Shown: in pieces, positions 17,052-26,646 of the stretch | How the letters are laid out: each line of letters opens with the position of its first letter | Position numbering within the stretch: position 1 is the stretch's first letter | NCBI GenBank assembly: GCA_045589295.1 | Contig: JAZNOU010000012.1 | Location: forward strand, 32,001 to 96,000 | Source: Clostridia bacterium | GTDB taxonomy: Bacteria; Bacillota; Clostridia; RGIG6154 | Reading direction: 5' to 3' | Length of the DNA: 64,000 bases | Notes under the pieces: generated by a model | Told to the model about the DNA's origin: nothing | What the model saw: the letters and a program-made list of their open reading frames with translations, nothing else | Database searches by the model: none | Program-made: the position numbers and the translations under genes

Positions 17052-18605
17052 TTATGCAGATTTTTTATGTTCCTTTTTATGTTCCGAAGATGTTTTGAGT
17101 GTGATTTCAACTCTGTCATGGTGCACAACAATTTCATCAACAAAGCTACGGATTAGCTTTCTGCACACAAGCAGGTCTTTCTTCAAAAGATATTTTTTAA
17201 ATAACTTCTTAACCTTATCTATCTCATCGGAAGTTACGGTATCAGCTTTATAGTTATTATAGTATTCATATTTATTATTAAGAGCTATCTTCTTATTTTC
17301 AAGCTCTTTGAGTTTATCGGTTAATGACTCTAAATTATCAGATTGTATCAATGCATCAGTTAACTTATTTATAGCAATATCAAGCTGTGTGAGTTCATTT
17401 TTTATAGATTTTTTCTTGTTGATTGACAGAACATTTCTCTTTTCAATTTTCTCATTCAGAGCCTTCAATATCCGTCTGTAATTTTTTTCATCAAATATTA
17501 TATCGAGAAGTAAATCAAGAACAAAATCGTTTAAATACTTAATATTTACCGCTTTATTCTTGCATCCGTCTCTGTACGCACCACATCTGTATGTTGCGTA
17601 TTCTGTCTTGTTTCTTCCTGAAAAACTTGTGTTGCCTGTGTAGGCTTTGCCACACTCTCCGCAGACAATCAAGCCGTTAAGCAGATAGTATCTTTTACTG
17701 TGATATGTACCTGCAATTTCTCTATTGGCTTCTTTCTTAGCTAAAAATTTATTATATGTTTCATCATCAATTATCCTTGGCATACCATCAGGAATTCTAA
17801 TTATCTCGCTATCGTCCTTGTATCTGTGAGAGTTGCGAGTTCCATCATTATATTTTGAAGCGGCTCTGTTATAGATGTATACTCCTGTGTATCTCTCTGC
17901 GTTTTCAAGAATTGAGCTAAAGGAATTTTTATTAAATGGTAATTCCTTCTTGGTGGTATATCCATTTTTATTAAGATAATCCGCTATTTGTTTATATGAG
18001 TAATCATTTATATACATCTGAAAAATGAGTTTAACAACTCTGCTTTCTTTATCATTATTAATATACTTTCTATCCTCGCCTACATCGTAACCATATGGTG
18101 GCAATCCACCAACATGCCAACAGTTGTATGCCGCTTCTTTCTTTCCTTTTTGTACCTCTGTTGCGAGATTTCTGCTAAAGTAATCACTCAGAGAAAACAT
18201 CATGTTTCTTGTAAATACACTTGCAGGCGAAGCATCATTAGGCTCTGTAACACTAATTAACTTAACCCCGAGTTTCTCTAACATACATTCATAAGTATGT
18301 GCATTATTCATGTTTCGTGAAAACCTGTCGAACTTGTGTACTACAACAGCATATATGCCTGCCTTTTTTGCTTCTTTCATCATCTGCTGAAAGGCTTCTC
18401 GGTCATCGGTGGTCGCAGATTTTGCCTCGTCAACAAATTCCTTTTCAATTATGTAGCCTTGCTTTTTGCAAAATTCACGGATGGCTCTGCGTTGGGCATC
18501 AATTGACATTGGATTTTGCATGTTAGACGAGTATCTCATATATATGAAAACTCTTTTTAAAAACCTTCTGTCTGTCGGTCTGTTTTTCTTCTTTTTCTTA
18601 GTCAT
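17052..18605 (-). CDS. Large serine recombinase (Ccr-like) 1
   Basis: YMRYSS..Q, DRFSR, GGLPPYGY, LNGLIVCGECG Zn ribbon, coiled coil. Confidence 0.95.
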   Translation of the reverse strand: MTKKKKKNRPTDRRFLKRVFIYMRYSSNMQNPMSIDAQRRAIREFCKKQGYIIEKEFVDEAKSATTDDREAFQQMMKEAKKAGIYAVVVHKFDRFSRNMNNAHTYECMLEKLGVKLISVTEPNDASPASVFTRNMMFSLSDYFSRNLATEVQKGKKEAAYNCWHVGGLPPYGYDVGEDRKYINNDKESRVVKLIFQMYINDYSYKQIADYLNKNGYTTKKELPFNKNSFSSILENAERYTGVYIYNRAASKYNDGTRNSHRYKDDSEIIRIPDGMPRIIDDETYNKFLAKKEANREIAGTYHSKRYYLLNGLIVCGECGKAYTGNTSFSGRNKTEYATYRCGAYRDGCKNKAVNIKYLNDFVLDLLLDIIFDEKNYRRILKALNEKIEKRNVLSINKKKSIKNELTQLDIAINKLTDALIQSDNLESLTDKLKELENKKIALNNKYEYYNNYKADTVTSDEIDKVKKLFKKYLLKKDLLVCRKLIRSFVDEIVVHHDRVEITLKTSSEHKKEHKKSA

Positions 18606-18780
18606 TTTTTAGTGCCTTCTTTCTGATATGTTTTAATATTCTGTAAATTACGGGAACAGGTGTTTTGAGTTTTAACTTTTCGTCAAAACTGCCTTTAATG
18701 ATTTTGATTTTAACATTTGAATATTCTTCGTTGTATAGACTTTCTCTGTCGATGATATATCTGGCAATCAAGTTTATCAC
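18598..18780 (-). CDS. Small hypothetical protein (possible directionality factor)
   Basis: 60-aa ORF overlapping the recombinase start. Confidence 0.45.
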   Translation of the reverse strand: MINLIARYIIDRESLYNEEYSNVKIKIIKGSFDEKLKLKTPVPVIYRILKHIRKKALKND

Positions 18781-18805
18781 CCCCTTTCTTTGCCTTTTAT
18801 TGATA

Positions 18806-19204
18806 CTATTTAATCTTCACAAACGCTGTCACAATTCCATTGATGCTTTTTACCTTTACATTATCAAACGACATAGATGTTCGTTCGCTAAAATCGAGGC
18901 CGAAAATTACTGTTATGTATTTTACCAAAGCGGCATTATATACAATTCCTTTTCCTTTATTTGATACAGAATACTTGTTGCCTGCTTCATCTATGTCCGC
19001 AGCAATTATCAGGAATCCATTACCGACATCTGCTGCAAGCTTTATAAATTCAGGCTTTCCCAATGCTTCAAACAGGCTCTTGGATAAGGTGAGTCGCTTG
19101 CCATTATCACAGAATACCAATGATACGGATTTTGTTGATTTACCCCCTTTCTCGCTTGATACGTTAATAGCTTTTGCGTTAGCTAAAATTTCTTGTGCTT
19201 TCAT
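18806..19204 (-). CDS. Hypothetical protein
   Basis: 132-aa ORF with RBS GAAAGGAAG, in operon between helicase and recombinase. Confidence 0.65.
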   Translation of the reverse strand: MKAQEILANAKAINVSSEKGGKSTKSVSLVFCDNGKRLTLSKSLFEALGKPEFIKLAADVGNGFLIIAADIDEAGNKYSVSNKGKGIVYNAALVKYITVIFGLDFSERTSMSFDNVKVKSINGIVTAFVKIK

Positions 19205-19252
19205 AGCACAACACTTCCTTTCATTTTATATTTTAAATAATAATGATATTAT

Positions 19253-20677
19253 TTAATTAACAAATACATCATTGCCATCGTCTGTGTATGGTAAATTTAA
19301 TTTGCAATAGGTTGTGCAACCTAAAGGTCTGTATTTCTTTAAAGAAATATTCATCGTTCGTCTGTTTCCATTAGACTTTTTTGTAATCATACCCTGTCCT
19401 GTCTTTTTTATAAAAATCAGATTGAACTCCATCCAAAATTTAGTGGTTGAAATATGAGCATATTTAATATGATTATTAGCTTTACACCAATTTATAAATG
19501 CCTGATAAACTGCACTCCTTGTTTCCCATATGGATTTATCTTCCGACACCTTGAAATAAATACACTCATTCCAAAATGCTTCAAATGGATTGGACATAGT
19601 TATATACTGATTTTTCAGTTTCTCTATCTTTTCCGAGTCAGTAAATCTGAAATCATTGGAATTAAGCCTGTTAAAACCTTTTATCGCCAAATTAAAAATT
19701 CCTGGCAACTCTTTCTTTAACTTTTCTTCCAGATGAATATCAGCTGTTCCGTCTTTAATAGAGAATTGTTTTTCAAAAGGAACGATGATAATTCGGCGGA
19801 AAAATCCGTCAGAAATATCTTTAAACTGCGGTAGTGTATTGGTGCTGAATATCAGCTTACAGAATGGTTTGAATGAAAAAACATCTTTACCTTTAAACTC
19901 TGCCGATATAGCATCACCGCCTGTGATAGCCTTTATATATTGTGTATCAGTAACCTGTCCGTTGTAGCTTTCGTTTTCAGTAGATATATTAACTAATTTA
20001 TCCAATAAAACCGATTTATTAAATCTCTTTGCAAAATCCCTTATTGGTACAGTAGAACAATTATCTTCGCCGACTAATGCCATAATCAAATTGCACAGTA
20101 CAGATTTTCCGTTTGCTCCCGTTCCGAAAAACAAGAAGAAGCATTGTGCTGAATTATTCCTTGTCATTATATATCCCATCAACTCCTGAATGACTTTCAT
20201 TATCTCTCTGTCATCATCAAATATGCTTTTTAAAAATTTGATAAATTGAGGACATTTTGCCTTTTTATCATATTTAATCGGGAGCTGTACAGTGCAATAA
20301 TATTCAGGGCTATGCGGAATAAGCTTGTTAGTCTCCAAATCATACATTCCATTTTTCAGGCAAATCAAGTTTTGGTATTTGTTGAATTCACCGCCATAAA
20401 ATGCAATTCTTTTCAGTGCAGTAAAATAGTACTCCTCTGCTCTTTTGTTAAATGAATTCGGATATGATGTGGAAAGAATCAGTTTCGCCATAATCGCTTT
20501 TAAGCGTTCTTCTGAAATCGGCTTATATGCTCCGTGACGATACATATAATATTTACCGTTATCTGCATAAATAATATTGTACTTCCTATGTACATACAAT
20601 GCGAATAAATTACTGTCAAGATAAACCCCATCATCACCTGTTTCTCTGAAGCCCATTTCTTGTTCATTGTTCTTCAT
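19253..20677 (-). CDS. P4/D5-family SF3 helicase (D5_N plus ATPase; no evident primase domain)
   Basis: LICLKNGMYDL, CPQFIKFL, Walker A GTGANGKS, IKAITGGD, GFFRRIIIVPF. Confidence 0.9.
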   Translation of the reverse strand: MKNNEQEMGFRETGDDGVYLDSNLFALYVHRKYNIIYADNGKYYMYRHGAYKPISEERLKAIMAKLILSTSYPNSFNKRAEEYYFTALKRIAFYGGEFNKYQNLICLKNGMYDLETNKLIPHSPEYYCTVQLPIKYDKKAKCPQFIKFLKSIFDDDREIMKVIQELMGYIMTRNNSAQCFFLFFGTGANGKSVLCNLIMALVGEDNCSTVPIRDFAKRFNKSVLLDKLVNISTENESYNGQVTDTQYIKAITGGDAISAEFKGKDVFSFKPFCKLIFSTNTLPQFKDISDGFFRRIIIVPFEKQFSIKDGTADIHLEEKLKKELPGIFNLAIKGFNRLNSNDFRFTDSEKIEKLKNQYITMSNPFEAFWNECIYFKVSEDKSIWETRSAVYQAFINWCKANNHIKYAHISTTKFWMEFNLIFIKKTGQGMITKKSNGNRRTMNISLKKYRPLGCTTYCKLNLPYTDDGNDVFVN

Positions 20678-20687
20678 AATAACCTCC

Positions 20688-20833
20688 TAAAATAATATTT
20701 TGAATTCGAATTCTGAAGTTATTATATCAAATATTATTTTAAAAAACCAATTGGAATATTCTTATATTATCAGAGAATATAAATATTTTTTGCAAGAAAT
20801 ATTCTTGAAAAAATTCTCAGCAAGTGATATAAT
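20688..20833. promoter_or_regulatory. Divergent control region with ARG-box-like palindromes
   Basis: TTTGAATTCGAATTCTGA (20699-20716), IR 20688-20741, CAAGAAATATTCTTG (20793-20807), TTGAAA-N17-TATAAT (20805-20833). Confidence 0.5.
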
Positions 20834-20895
20834 AGTAAAGGGTATTGAAAAAAACTATACTTCTGTTTGAGCATAAAAAAGTTGAGGTGAATTAA

Positions 20896-21438
20896 ATGGC
20901 GTATATGAGACGCAAGAAAAAAATGAGTCCCGAACTAGAAAAAGACTATTATCAGCAGTTGATGTCCTTGGTTAATAAAAATCTTCCGGGGCTCACACAA
21001 AATCAGCTATTAATAGAGATTAATAAGTATGCAAGAGATAAAGGATATCAAATAACCCAACCTGAATTATCAAAAGATTTATCAAAGATTAATATAGTTA
21101 AAGTAAAGGAAACTATAAAAAGCATTGTTAATGGTGAAGAAATACTAGAAACACAAAATGTATTCAGATACAAAGAACCCATCCCCACAGCAACTCTTCC
21201 GCCGATATTTAGCGAATATATAAGAGGCAAATCGACCTTATTTAAAAAACCTAAGTGTTTAAAAATACCAGTAAAAGAAGGAACTGAACAAATAGTGTGT
21301 AAGGAACTTTGTGAACATTACGGGCATGCAAATTTAATATATATTCCAGCATACAAAGCAGTTTGTATCATTGTTCTGAATTCTGAAAGTGCTATAACGA
21401 AGATAGAAACCATACAAGAACAAATTAACAAATTATAG
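20896..21438 (+). CDS. ArgR-like winged-helix regulator (divergent)
   Basis: TQNQLL...KGYQITQPELSKDLSKINIVK resembles ArgR TQEEL...GFxVTQATVSRDIKELGLVK; ArgR-like C-terminal fold without GDDT. Confidence 0.65.
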   Translation: MAYMRRKKKMSPELEKDYYQQLMSLVNKNLPGLTQNQLLIEINKYARDKGYQITQPELSKDLSKINIVKVKETIKSIVNGEEILETQNVFRYKEPIPTATLPPIFSEYIRGKSTLFKKPKCLKIPVKEGTEQIVCKELCEHYGHANLIYIPAYKAVCIIVLNSESAITKIETIQEQINKL

Positions 21439-21481
21439 ATTTTTGAAATTAGTAATCATTCAAATATATATCATATTATTG

Positions 21482-21516
21482 AAAGCCAATAGGAAATCAA
21501 ATTCCTATTGGCTTTT
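21482..21516 (+). terminator. Hairpin between ArgR-like gene and recombinase 2
   Basis: AAAGCCAATAGGAA-N6-TTCCTATTGGCTTT. Confidence 0.65.
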
Positions 21517-21541
21517 AATATTTTATGAAAGGATTGTTAAA

Positions 21542-23116
21542 ATGAATGAAAAGCAAGGATTAAAGGTTGTTTTATATGCTCGTTTTTCATCTGACCTACA
21601 ACGCTCCGAGAGCATTGATGCACAGGTCAGGGCGATGAAGAAATATTGCGAGCAAAACCACATGCAGATTATTGACACCTATGTGGACGAGGCAAAGTCT
21701 GCCACCACAGACAAGCGACCTTCGTTTCAAAGAATGATTGAAGACAGCAAAAAGCACATCTTTGAGGGCATTGTCGTTCACAAGCTTGACCGCTTTGCAA
21801 GAAACCGCTATGATTCAGCAATGTACAAGAGAACTCTAAGGCTCAACGGCGTTCGGGTTTTCAGCGTTCTTGAAAATCTTGATGACTCCCCTGAGTCAAT
21901 TATGCTTGAATCACTGCTTGAAGGTATGAATGAATACTATTCCAAAAACCTTGCAAGAGAGGTTATGAAAGGATTAAAGGAAAATGCTCTCCAATGCAAA
22001 CATACAGGTGGAAGTCCACCTTTGGGTTACTATGTTGATGAAAATAAGCATCTTGCCATTGATGAAAAGGAAGCTGAAGCTGTGAGGATAATTTTTGATA
22101 TGTTTTCCAACGGACATTCCTATGATGAAATAATATCAACTCTTAACCAAAGAAAGTTTTACACCAAGAAGGGTAATATGTTTGGAAGAAACTCTATTCA
22201 CAGCATACTGACGAATGAAAAATATGTCGGTACTTATGTGTTTAACAAAAGCTCTTCTAAAGACATGTATAACAGAAGAAATTCTCACAAGTACAAAGAT
22301 GATAATCTGATTATTAAAGTACCTGACGGTTGCCCTCAGCTTGTAGATAGAGAAACCTTTGAAAAAGTTCAGCAAAGATTGCTTGAAAACAAGCATCAGG
22401 GAGGAATGTACAACGCAAAGCACAGATACCTTTTAAGCGGATTTTTATATTGTGGTTACTGCGGTAAAAGATTAACTGGCAACCGAAGATACAGCGGAAG
22501 AAACAAGTCACTTTCTGTTACTTACCGATGTCTAACACACAAAGACAGTTGTATTAGCAAGGAATATAACAGATACTTTTTAGAGGATTTTGTATTTAAT
22601 CAAATTAAAGAACATTTTGGGTATAAAGCAAGGCTTGCATCTATGTATAACAAGGTTAACCGATATGCAGAAAAAAGCCTTAAAACTCTGCAAACTGATT
22701 TAGATGCACTTACCAACAGACTTATATCTGTTAATGAAGCAATTTTAAATATTACTATGGCTATTGAGAAAGGAGTATGCACAGATGATATACTCGAAAG
22801 ATTGGAAGCACTTAAACACGAAAAAGCGACTATCCAAACGGAAATGTCAAAAAAGTCACAGATACAAAAGATTAGATATACTGATGCTGATGTAAGCAAA
22901 ACTTTAAATGAGTGCAAAGAGCTCATGAAACAACCTACACATCCTAAAAACAGATGGTTTCTTAAAAAGGTGATTTCAAGGATTGTTTTATATCGTGAAG
23001 AAATTCTTATAGTCCTCAATACAGGTCTATCTGTAAATGATGATTTTAATACTGAAATAAGAGCATCAAGAAAAGAAATATACGATTACGGAAGGAGCAT
23101 AAAAAATGCTAGTTGA
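21542..23116 (+). CDS. Large serine recombinase (Ccr-like) 2
   Basis: YARFSS..Q, DRFAR, GGSPPLGY, LSGFLYCGYCG; start MNEKQ with GAAAGGA RBS. Confidence 0.95.
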   Translation: MNEKQGLKVVLYARFSSDLQRSESIDAQVRAMKKYCEQNHMQIIDTYVDEAKSATTDKRPSFQRMIEDSKKHIFEGIVVHKLDRFARNRYDSAMYKRTLRLNGVRVFSVLENLDDSPESIMLESLLEGMNEYYSKNLAREVMKGLKENALQCKHTGGSPPLGYYVDENKHLAIDEKEAEAVRIIFDMFSNGHSYDEIISTLNQRKFYTKKGNMFGRNSIHSILTNEKYVGTYVFNKSSSKDMYNRRNSHKYKDDNLIIKVPDGCPQLVDRETFEKVQQRLLENKHQGGMYNAKHRYLLSGFLYCGYCGKRLTGNRRYSGRNKSLSVTYRCLTHKDSCISKEYNRYFLEDFVFNQIKEHFGYKARLASMYNKVNRYAEKSLKTLQTDLDALTNRLISVNEAILNITMAIEKGVCTDDILERLEALKHEKATIQTEMSKKSQIQKIRYTDADVSKTLNECKELMKQPTHPKNRWFLKKVISRIVLYREEILIVLNTGLSVNDDFNTEIRASRKEIYDYGRSIKNAS

Positions 23117-23639
23117 AAAGAATATTTTAAAAACAGATTTATCATACAGTGATGATAAATCAAGAAGATACTTACTTAACATTGAATGGGATAAAACGAA
23201 AAAGAAGGCTTGTATTATCATGCTGTCGGCAGGGCGAGCCAATGGCTTGTTTTTTGACCGAACAACAAACAATGTGATTGAAAATCTGGTTGAGACAGAC
23301 TACGGAAGTGTGGATGTGCTCAACCTTTTTTCTTGCCTTGATGAGAAGGTCGAGGACGTTGGCGATTCTGAGAATTTGCAGATGATTGAACAATCAGCCA
23401 AAAATGCGGACATTATCATTTTTGCTGCGGGCACGGGCAAAAAAGCTGACAAGAGAGTACAGACAAGACAGAAAGATGTGCTTGCAACACTTAAAAAGTA
23501 CGATAAAAAGCTATTCTGTATCGCTGATGATGACGGAAAGAAATTCTATCACCCTTTATGTCCTAAGGTGAAAAAGTGGAATTTAGTTAAATTTGATGTC
23601 GAAGAACTTACAAAGAAGGGATACGATTATGAGTATTAA
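23106..23639 (+). CDS. DUF1643-family protein
   Basis: YSDDKSRRYLLNIEWD..KKKACIIML, NLFS, HPL. Confidence 0.8.
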   Translation: MLVEKNILKTDLSYSDDKSRRYLLNIEWDKTKKKACIIMLSAGRANGLFFDRTTNNVIENLVETDYGSVDVLNLFSCLDEKVEDVGDSENLQMIEQSAKNADIIIFAAGTGKKADKRVQTRQKDVLATLKKYDKKLFCIADDDGKKFYHPLCPKVKKWNLVKFDVEELTKKGYDYEY

Positions 23640-23931
23640 ATTAGGAACTAAAAAAGAGCTTTACAAGGTAAATCACTTACCCAAAAGAGTTAGAGAATAT
23701 ATTGAGGGTGATGTTGCTGCTTTAGATTGCTTTTATGGTGATGACAGGAATATAGATGCTGATTTTGGCGGTTTTGTTGTAGTATGCGAAGCGGATGAAG
23801 TGCTTGACATTGAAAATTTTGTAGAAGATTTGGAACAAGCGGAGTACATACAAGACATTTGTCCCTATCGAAAAGCACTTTATATTGCGGGAACTGAGCG
23901 AAATATCATTATCTACAGAAAGAGGAACTAA
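23629..23931 (+). CDS. Hypothetical protein
   Basis: MSIKLGT..LDCFYGDDRNIDADFGGFVV; overlaps upstream stop. Confidence 0.65.
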   Translation: MSIKLGTKKELYKVNHLPKRVREYIEGDVAALDCFYGDDRNIDADFGGFVVVCEADEVLDIENFVEDLEQAEYIQDICPYRKALYIAGTERNIIIYRKRN

Positions 23932-24006
23932 ATGGACAAACGCAAGGACAATGGGATTTTACTTGGGAAATCAGATTTGGTAAAATATTCCTCAGAGGTG
24001 ATTTTA

Positions 24007-24264
24007 ATGGGAGGTGAAACACAAAAAGAGTTATTAAACTCTGTGTATAAAGACATAGCCGAAGCTTTTGGAATAGATGTTGCCATACAGTTTTACCAAA
24101 TGTATAAGGGTATGCAGATGACTTTTCCAACAAGATTGTTTAATCCTGAATATGTGAAAAAGCAGATACCTGTTGAGTATGACGGAAAGAATATCAAACA
24201 ATTGGCTAAAAAATATGGTTATAGTGAAAAAACCGTAAGAAGAATGATAAAGGAAAGCGTGTAA
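24007..24264 (+). CDS. Mor transcription activator family protein
   Basis: YKGMQMTFP..EYDGKNIKQLAKKYGYSEKTVRRMI; start uncertain (23932 or 24007). Confidence 0.85.
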   Translation: MGGETQKELLNSVYKDIAEAFGIDVAIQFYQMYKGMQMTFPTRLFNPEYVKKQIPVEYDGKNIKQLAKKYGYSEKTVRRMIKESV

Positions 24265-24277
24265 AGGAGAACAGTAT

Positions 24278-25333
24278 ATGCAATATTTGTTAATTTCCAT
24301 AATATTAATCTTGATTGCACAACGAAAAAAAGGAACAAATTTAAGTAAATTTTTAAACATTGTTGCTACAATAATTTTATGTGTATTTATATCTACTAAT
24401 ACTAAAGGCTGTATGAAATTAGATAACACTAATATAAATTCATCACATGTAGATACCTCAAATATTAAAGTGGAATTGAATGGTTACAATAAAACAAGTG
24501 TTCCAATAGGTGTTGGAGAATACTCGTTTGAAAAAGATAAATATAGTGATGGAATGTATTTTTGTCTTGATGTAAGTAAAAATTCAAATTCTCCTTGGTG
24601 TGGTGCTATTACTGCTGAAATAGAGTTTTTTGATGAACAGGACAATTCTATCGGCAAGGATATTGCCAAAAGCGGTAGTTTGCGTATGGATATGGGTGAT
24701 AGGTTGAAATTCGGTTTTTCCACTAATGACGGAAAAATTGTTTACAATCAAAAGGAAATTGTCAAGATTGTTTTAAGCTCGATTTATGAAGAAAATGATT
24801 TGCATCGTTTCTTGAAATCAAACTTCATCAACAAAAAACATGAGCTTCAAAAATGTATTGATGAAAAAAATTATGATATGTTTTATTCTAAACTTGAAAG
24901 CGTGAGGAAAGAATATCCCAGAGAGGAATTCCCTGATGAAAATATGGTTTTAGATGATATGGAAAACAGTGTTAGTGGAGTGAAAAGCCAAGAAAAACAA
25001 ACAGAAAACCAAACTCAAAAGACAATTCAGCAAACTCAGCAAAACACTAATGGTTATATGGATTGTTGGATATATGACATACAGGTTGATGATAGCTTGC
25101 TATCAAGGGATTTGGGCTTTGGTACAGGTTATAATATAATTTGCTTTTTCACTACATATGATTCACAAGCAACTAAAACAGCAAATGATTTTGAAGGTGT
25201 CTTTTTTACAACCGAAGAAAAAGGGAAACTTGCTAATATTGGAACGGGGTGGCATAAAGTTAACCTTAAAAGAATTGGCGACAGAAAAATTAATGTTTTA
25301 GGAATGGACGCATATGTATTTATACATCAGTAA
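24278..25333 (+). CDS. Hypothetical membrane-anchored/exported protein
   Basis: Hydrophobic N-terminus, Q/T-rich linker. Confidence 0.65.
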   Translation: MQYLLISIILILIAQRKKGTNLSKFLNIVATIILCVFISTNTKGCMKLDNTNINSSHVDTSNIKVELNGYNKTSVPIGVGEYSFEKDKYSDGMYFCLDVSKNSNSPWCGAITAEIEFFDEQDNSIGKDIAKSGSLRMDMGDRLKFGFSTNDGKIVYNQKEIVKIVLSSIYEENDLHRFLKSNFINKKHELQKCIDEKNYDMFYSKLESVRKEYPREEFPDENMVLDDMENSVSGVKSQEKQTENQTQKTIQQTQQNTNGYMDCWIYDIQVDDSLLSRDLGFGTGYNIICFFTTYDSQATKTANDFEGVFFTTEEKGKLANIGTGWHKVNLKRIGDRKINVLGMDAYVFIHQ

Positions 25334-25342
25334 AGTGCAAAC

Positions 25343-25371
25343 GGCTATGAGGGAAATCAAACCTCATAGCC
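25343..25371 (+). terminator. Terminator hairpin
   Basis: GGCTATGAGG-N9-CCTCATAGCC then TTATTTT. Confidence 0.65.
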
Positions 25372-25399
25372 TTATTTTCTATGCAAAGGAGTTGATAAA

Positions 25400-25477
25400 A
25401 TGCAATATACATTATTGGGATTCGGTTTAACACTTACAGTATTATTAGGTATTGAAGCATTAAGAGAAAGGGCGTGA
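25400..25477 (+). CDS. 25-aa hydrophobic peptide
   Basis: RBS AAGGAG; MQYTLLGFGLTLTVLLGIEALRERA. Confidence 0.45.
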   Translation: MQYTLLGFGLTLTVLLGIEALRERA

Positions 25478-25481
25478 TAGG

Positions 25482-25595
25482 ATGATGTTTTTAGTCGGTG
25501 CAAGCACAACTGCATTTCTGACAGCCTTCGGCGAGGGTGCAATGCTTGCCGCATCTGTTTATCTTGCAAGCAGAGGGGTCAGAAGAAGACGATGA
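25482..25595 (+). CDS. 37-aa hydrophobic peptide with basic tail
   Basis: MMFLVGASTTAFLTAFGEGAMLAASVYLASRGVRRRR. Confidence 0.45.
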   Translation: MMFLVGASTTAFLTAFGEGAMLAASVYLASRGVRRRR

Positions 25596-25707
25596 GGGCA
25601 GGTCGAGGACAGCTTTTGGGGCACTTCCAAAACCTCAAATGCCAGTACCGAACTGCCTTTGGGCAAGAGGGCAAGTCAGTGGTCGCAAAGTCTCCACAAA
25701 AAGAAAA

Positions 25708-25739
25708 TCACATACACGGACTTAGCTCCGTGTATGTGA
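25708..25739 (-). terminator. Island-supplied terminator downstream of ssrA
   Basis: TCACATACACGGA-CTTAGC-TCCGTGTATGTGA followed on minus strand by T-rich tract. Confidence 0.75.
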
Positions 25740-25746
25740 AAGTCGA

Positions 25747-26095
25747 TGGTGGAGATGAGGAGAATTGAACTCCTGTCCGAAAATTTGTCCTTCGATACGT
25801 CTACAGGTTTAGTTTACGGATTTGTTTTCTTTCCCTCGGGGCACCGTAAACGAAGCCCTTTGGGACATAGCTTTTTATACCTGACTTGCTAAAAGCATCA
25901 CAAGTTCACGTTCACTGCGAAACTTTTCGCCTTGGGCTCTGCCGCAGTATCAGAGAACAAGACGGCAGCCGTTAATTAGGCAGCGTAAGCTAAATTTTTG
26001 TTAGCGTTTAAAATTTAATTGCACATTTTTAAGATGCTGTGCGCATCTACCTGCAATACCGAGCTCTTAATCCCCGTCGAAACCATTGCACCCCC
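25747..26095 (-). ncRNA. ssrA: tmRNA; tag peptide ANKNLAYAA* at 26005-25976
   Basis: 5' GGGGGTGCAATGGTTTCGACGGGG, 3' GGACAGGAGTTCAATTCTCCTCATCTCCACCA, Ala acceptor stem, adjacent to smpB. Confidence 0.97.
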
Positions 26096-26187
26096 ATATT
26101 TGAATTAATAGAGTGAAGTGTGGAGTTAAAATCCAGAATTCACTAAACTATTTTAATATAATATCATTTTATTGTCAACAGGAAATT

Positions 26188-26646
26188 TTATCTGTTTTTC
26201 ATAGCTCTTTCCATGTCTCGTTTTGCCGATTTTTTTGCTTCTGTTTCACGCTTATCATAAAGCTTTTTACCTTTTGCCAGAGCAACCTCAACTTTTACAT
26301 GTGAGCCTTTTAAGTACACAGAGGTGGGAATTAAAGAATATCCATCTTGCTTTACAAGGCCATAAAGTTTGGCAATTTCTCTTTTATGCAACAAAAGTTT
26401 TCTTACTCTTAAGGGGTCTTTATTAAAAATATTCCCCTTTTCGTACGGACTTATGTGCATTCCCATAACAAAAGCCTCACCTGATTTGATATTTACCCAG
26501 CTGTCTTTTAAATTAACACTTCCCTGTCTTACAGATTTTACTTCTGTTCCTAAAAGCTCAATTCCTGCTTCATATTTATCTTCAATAAAATAATCATGGT
26601 ATGCTTTTTTATTATTTGCAATTACCTTGATATTATCTTGTGACAT
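26188..26646 (-). CDS. smpB: SsrA-binding protein
   Basis: [36 protein letters not shown]. Confidence 0.98.
   Translation of the reverse strand: MSQDNIKVIANNKKAYHDYFIEDKYEAGIELLGTEVKSVRQGSVNLKDSWVNIKSGEAFVMGMHISPYEKGNIFNKDPLRVRKLLLHKREIAKLYGLVKQDGYSLIPTSVYLKGSHVKVEVALAKGKKLYDKRETEAKKSAKRDMERAMKNR

Larger units (their letters stand above)
13929..25758. mobile_element. SCC-like integrative element inserted at the ssrA 3' end
   Basis: 12-bp direct repeats; two large serine recombinases, D5 helicase, DUF1643, R-M cargo. Confidence 0.85.

Noticed and set aside
21443-21541. N-terminal extension of recombinase 2
   Set aside because: Overlaps a terminator hairpin; RBS supports start at 21542
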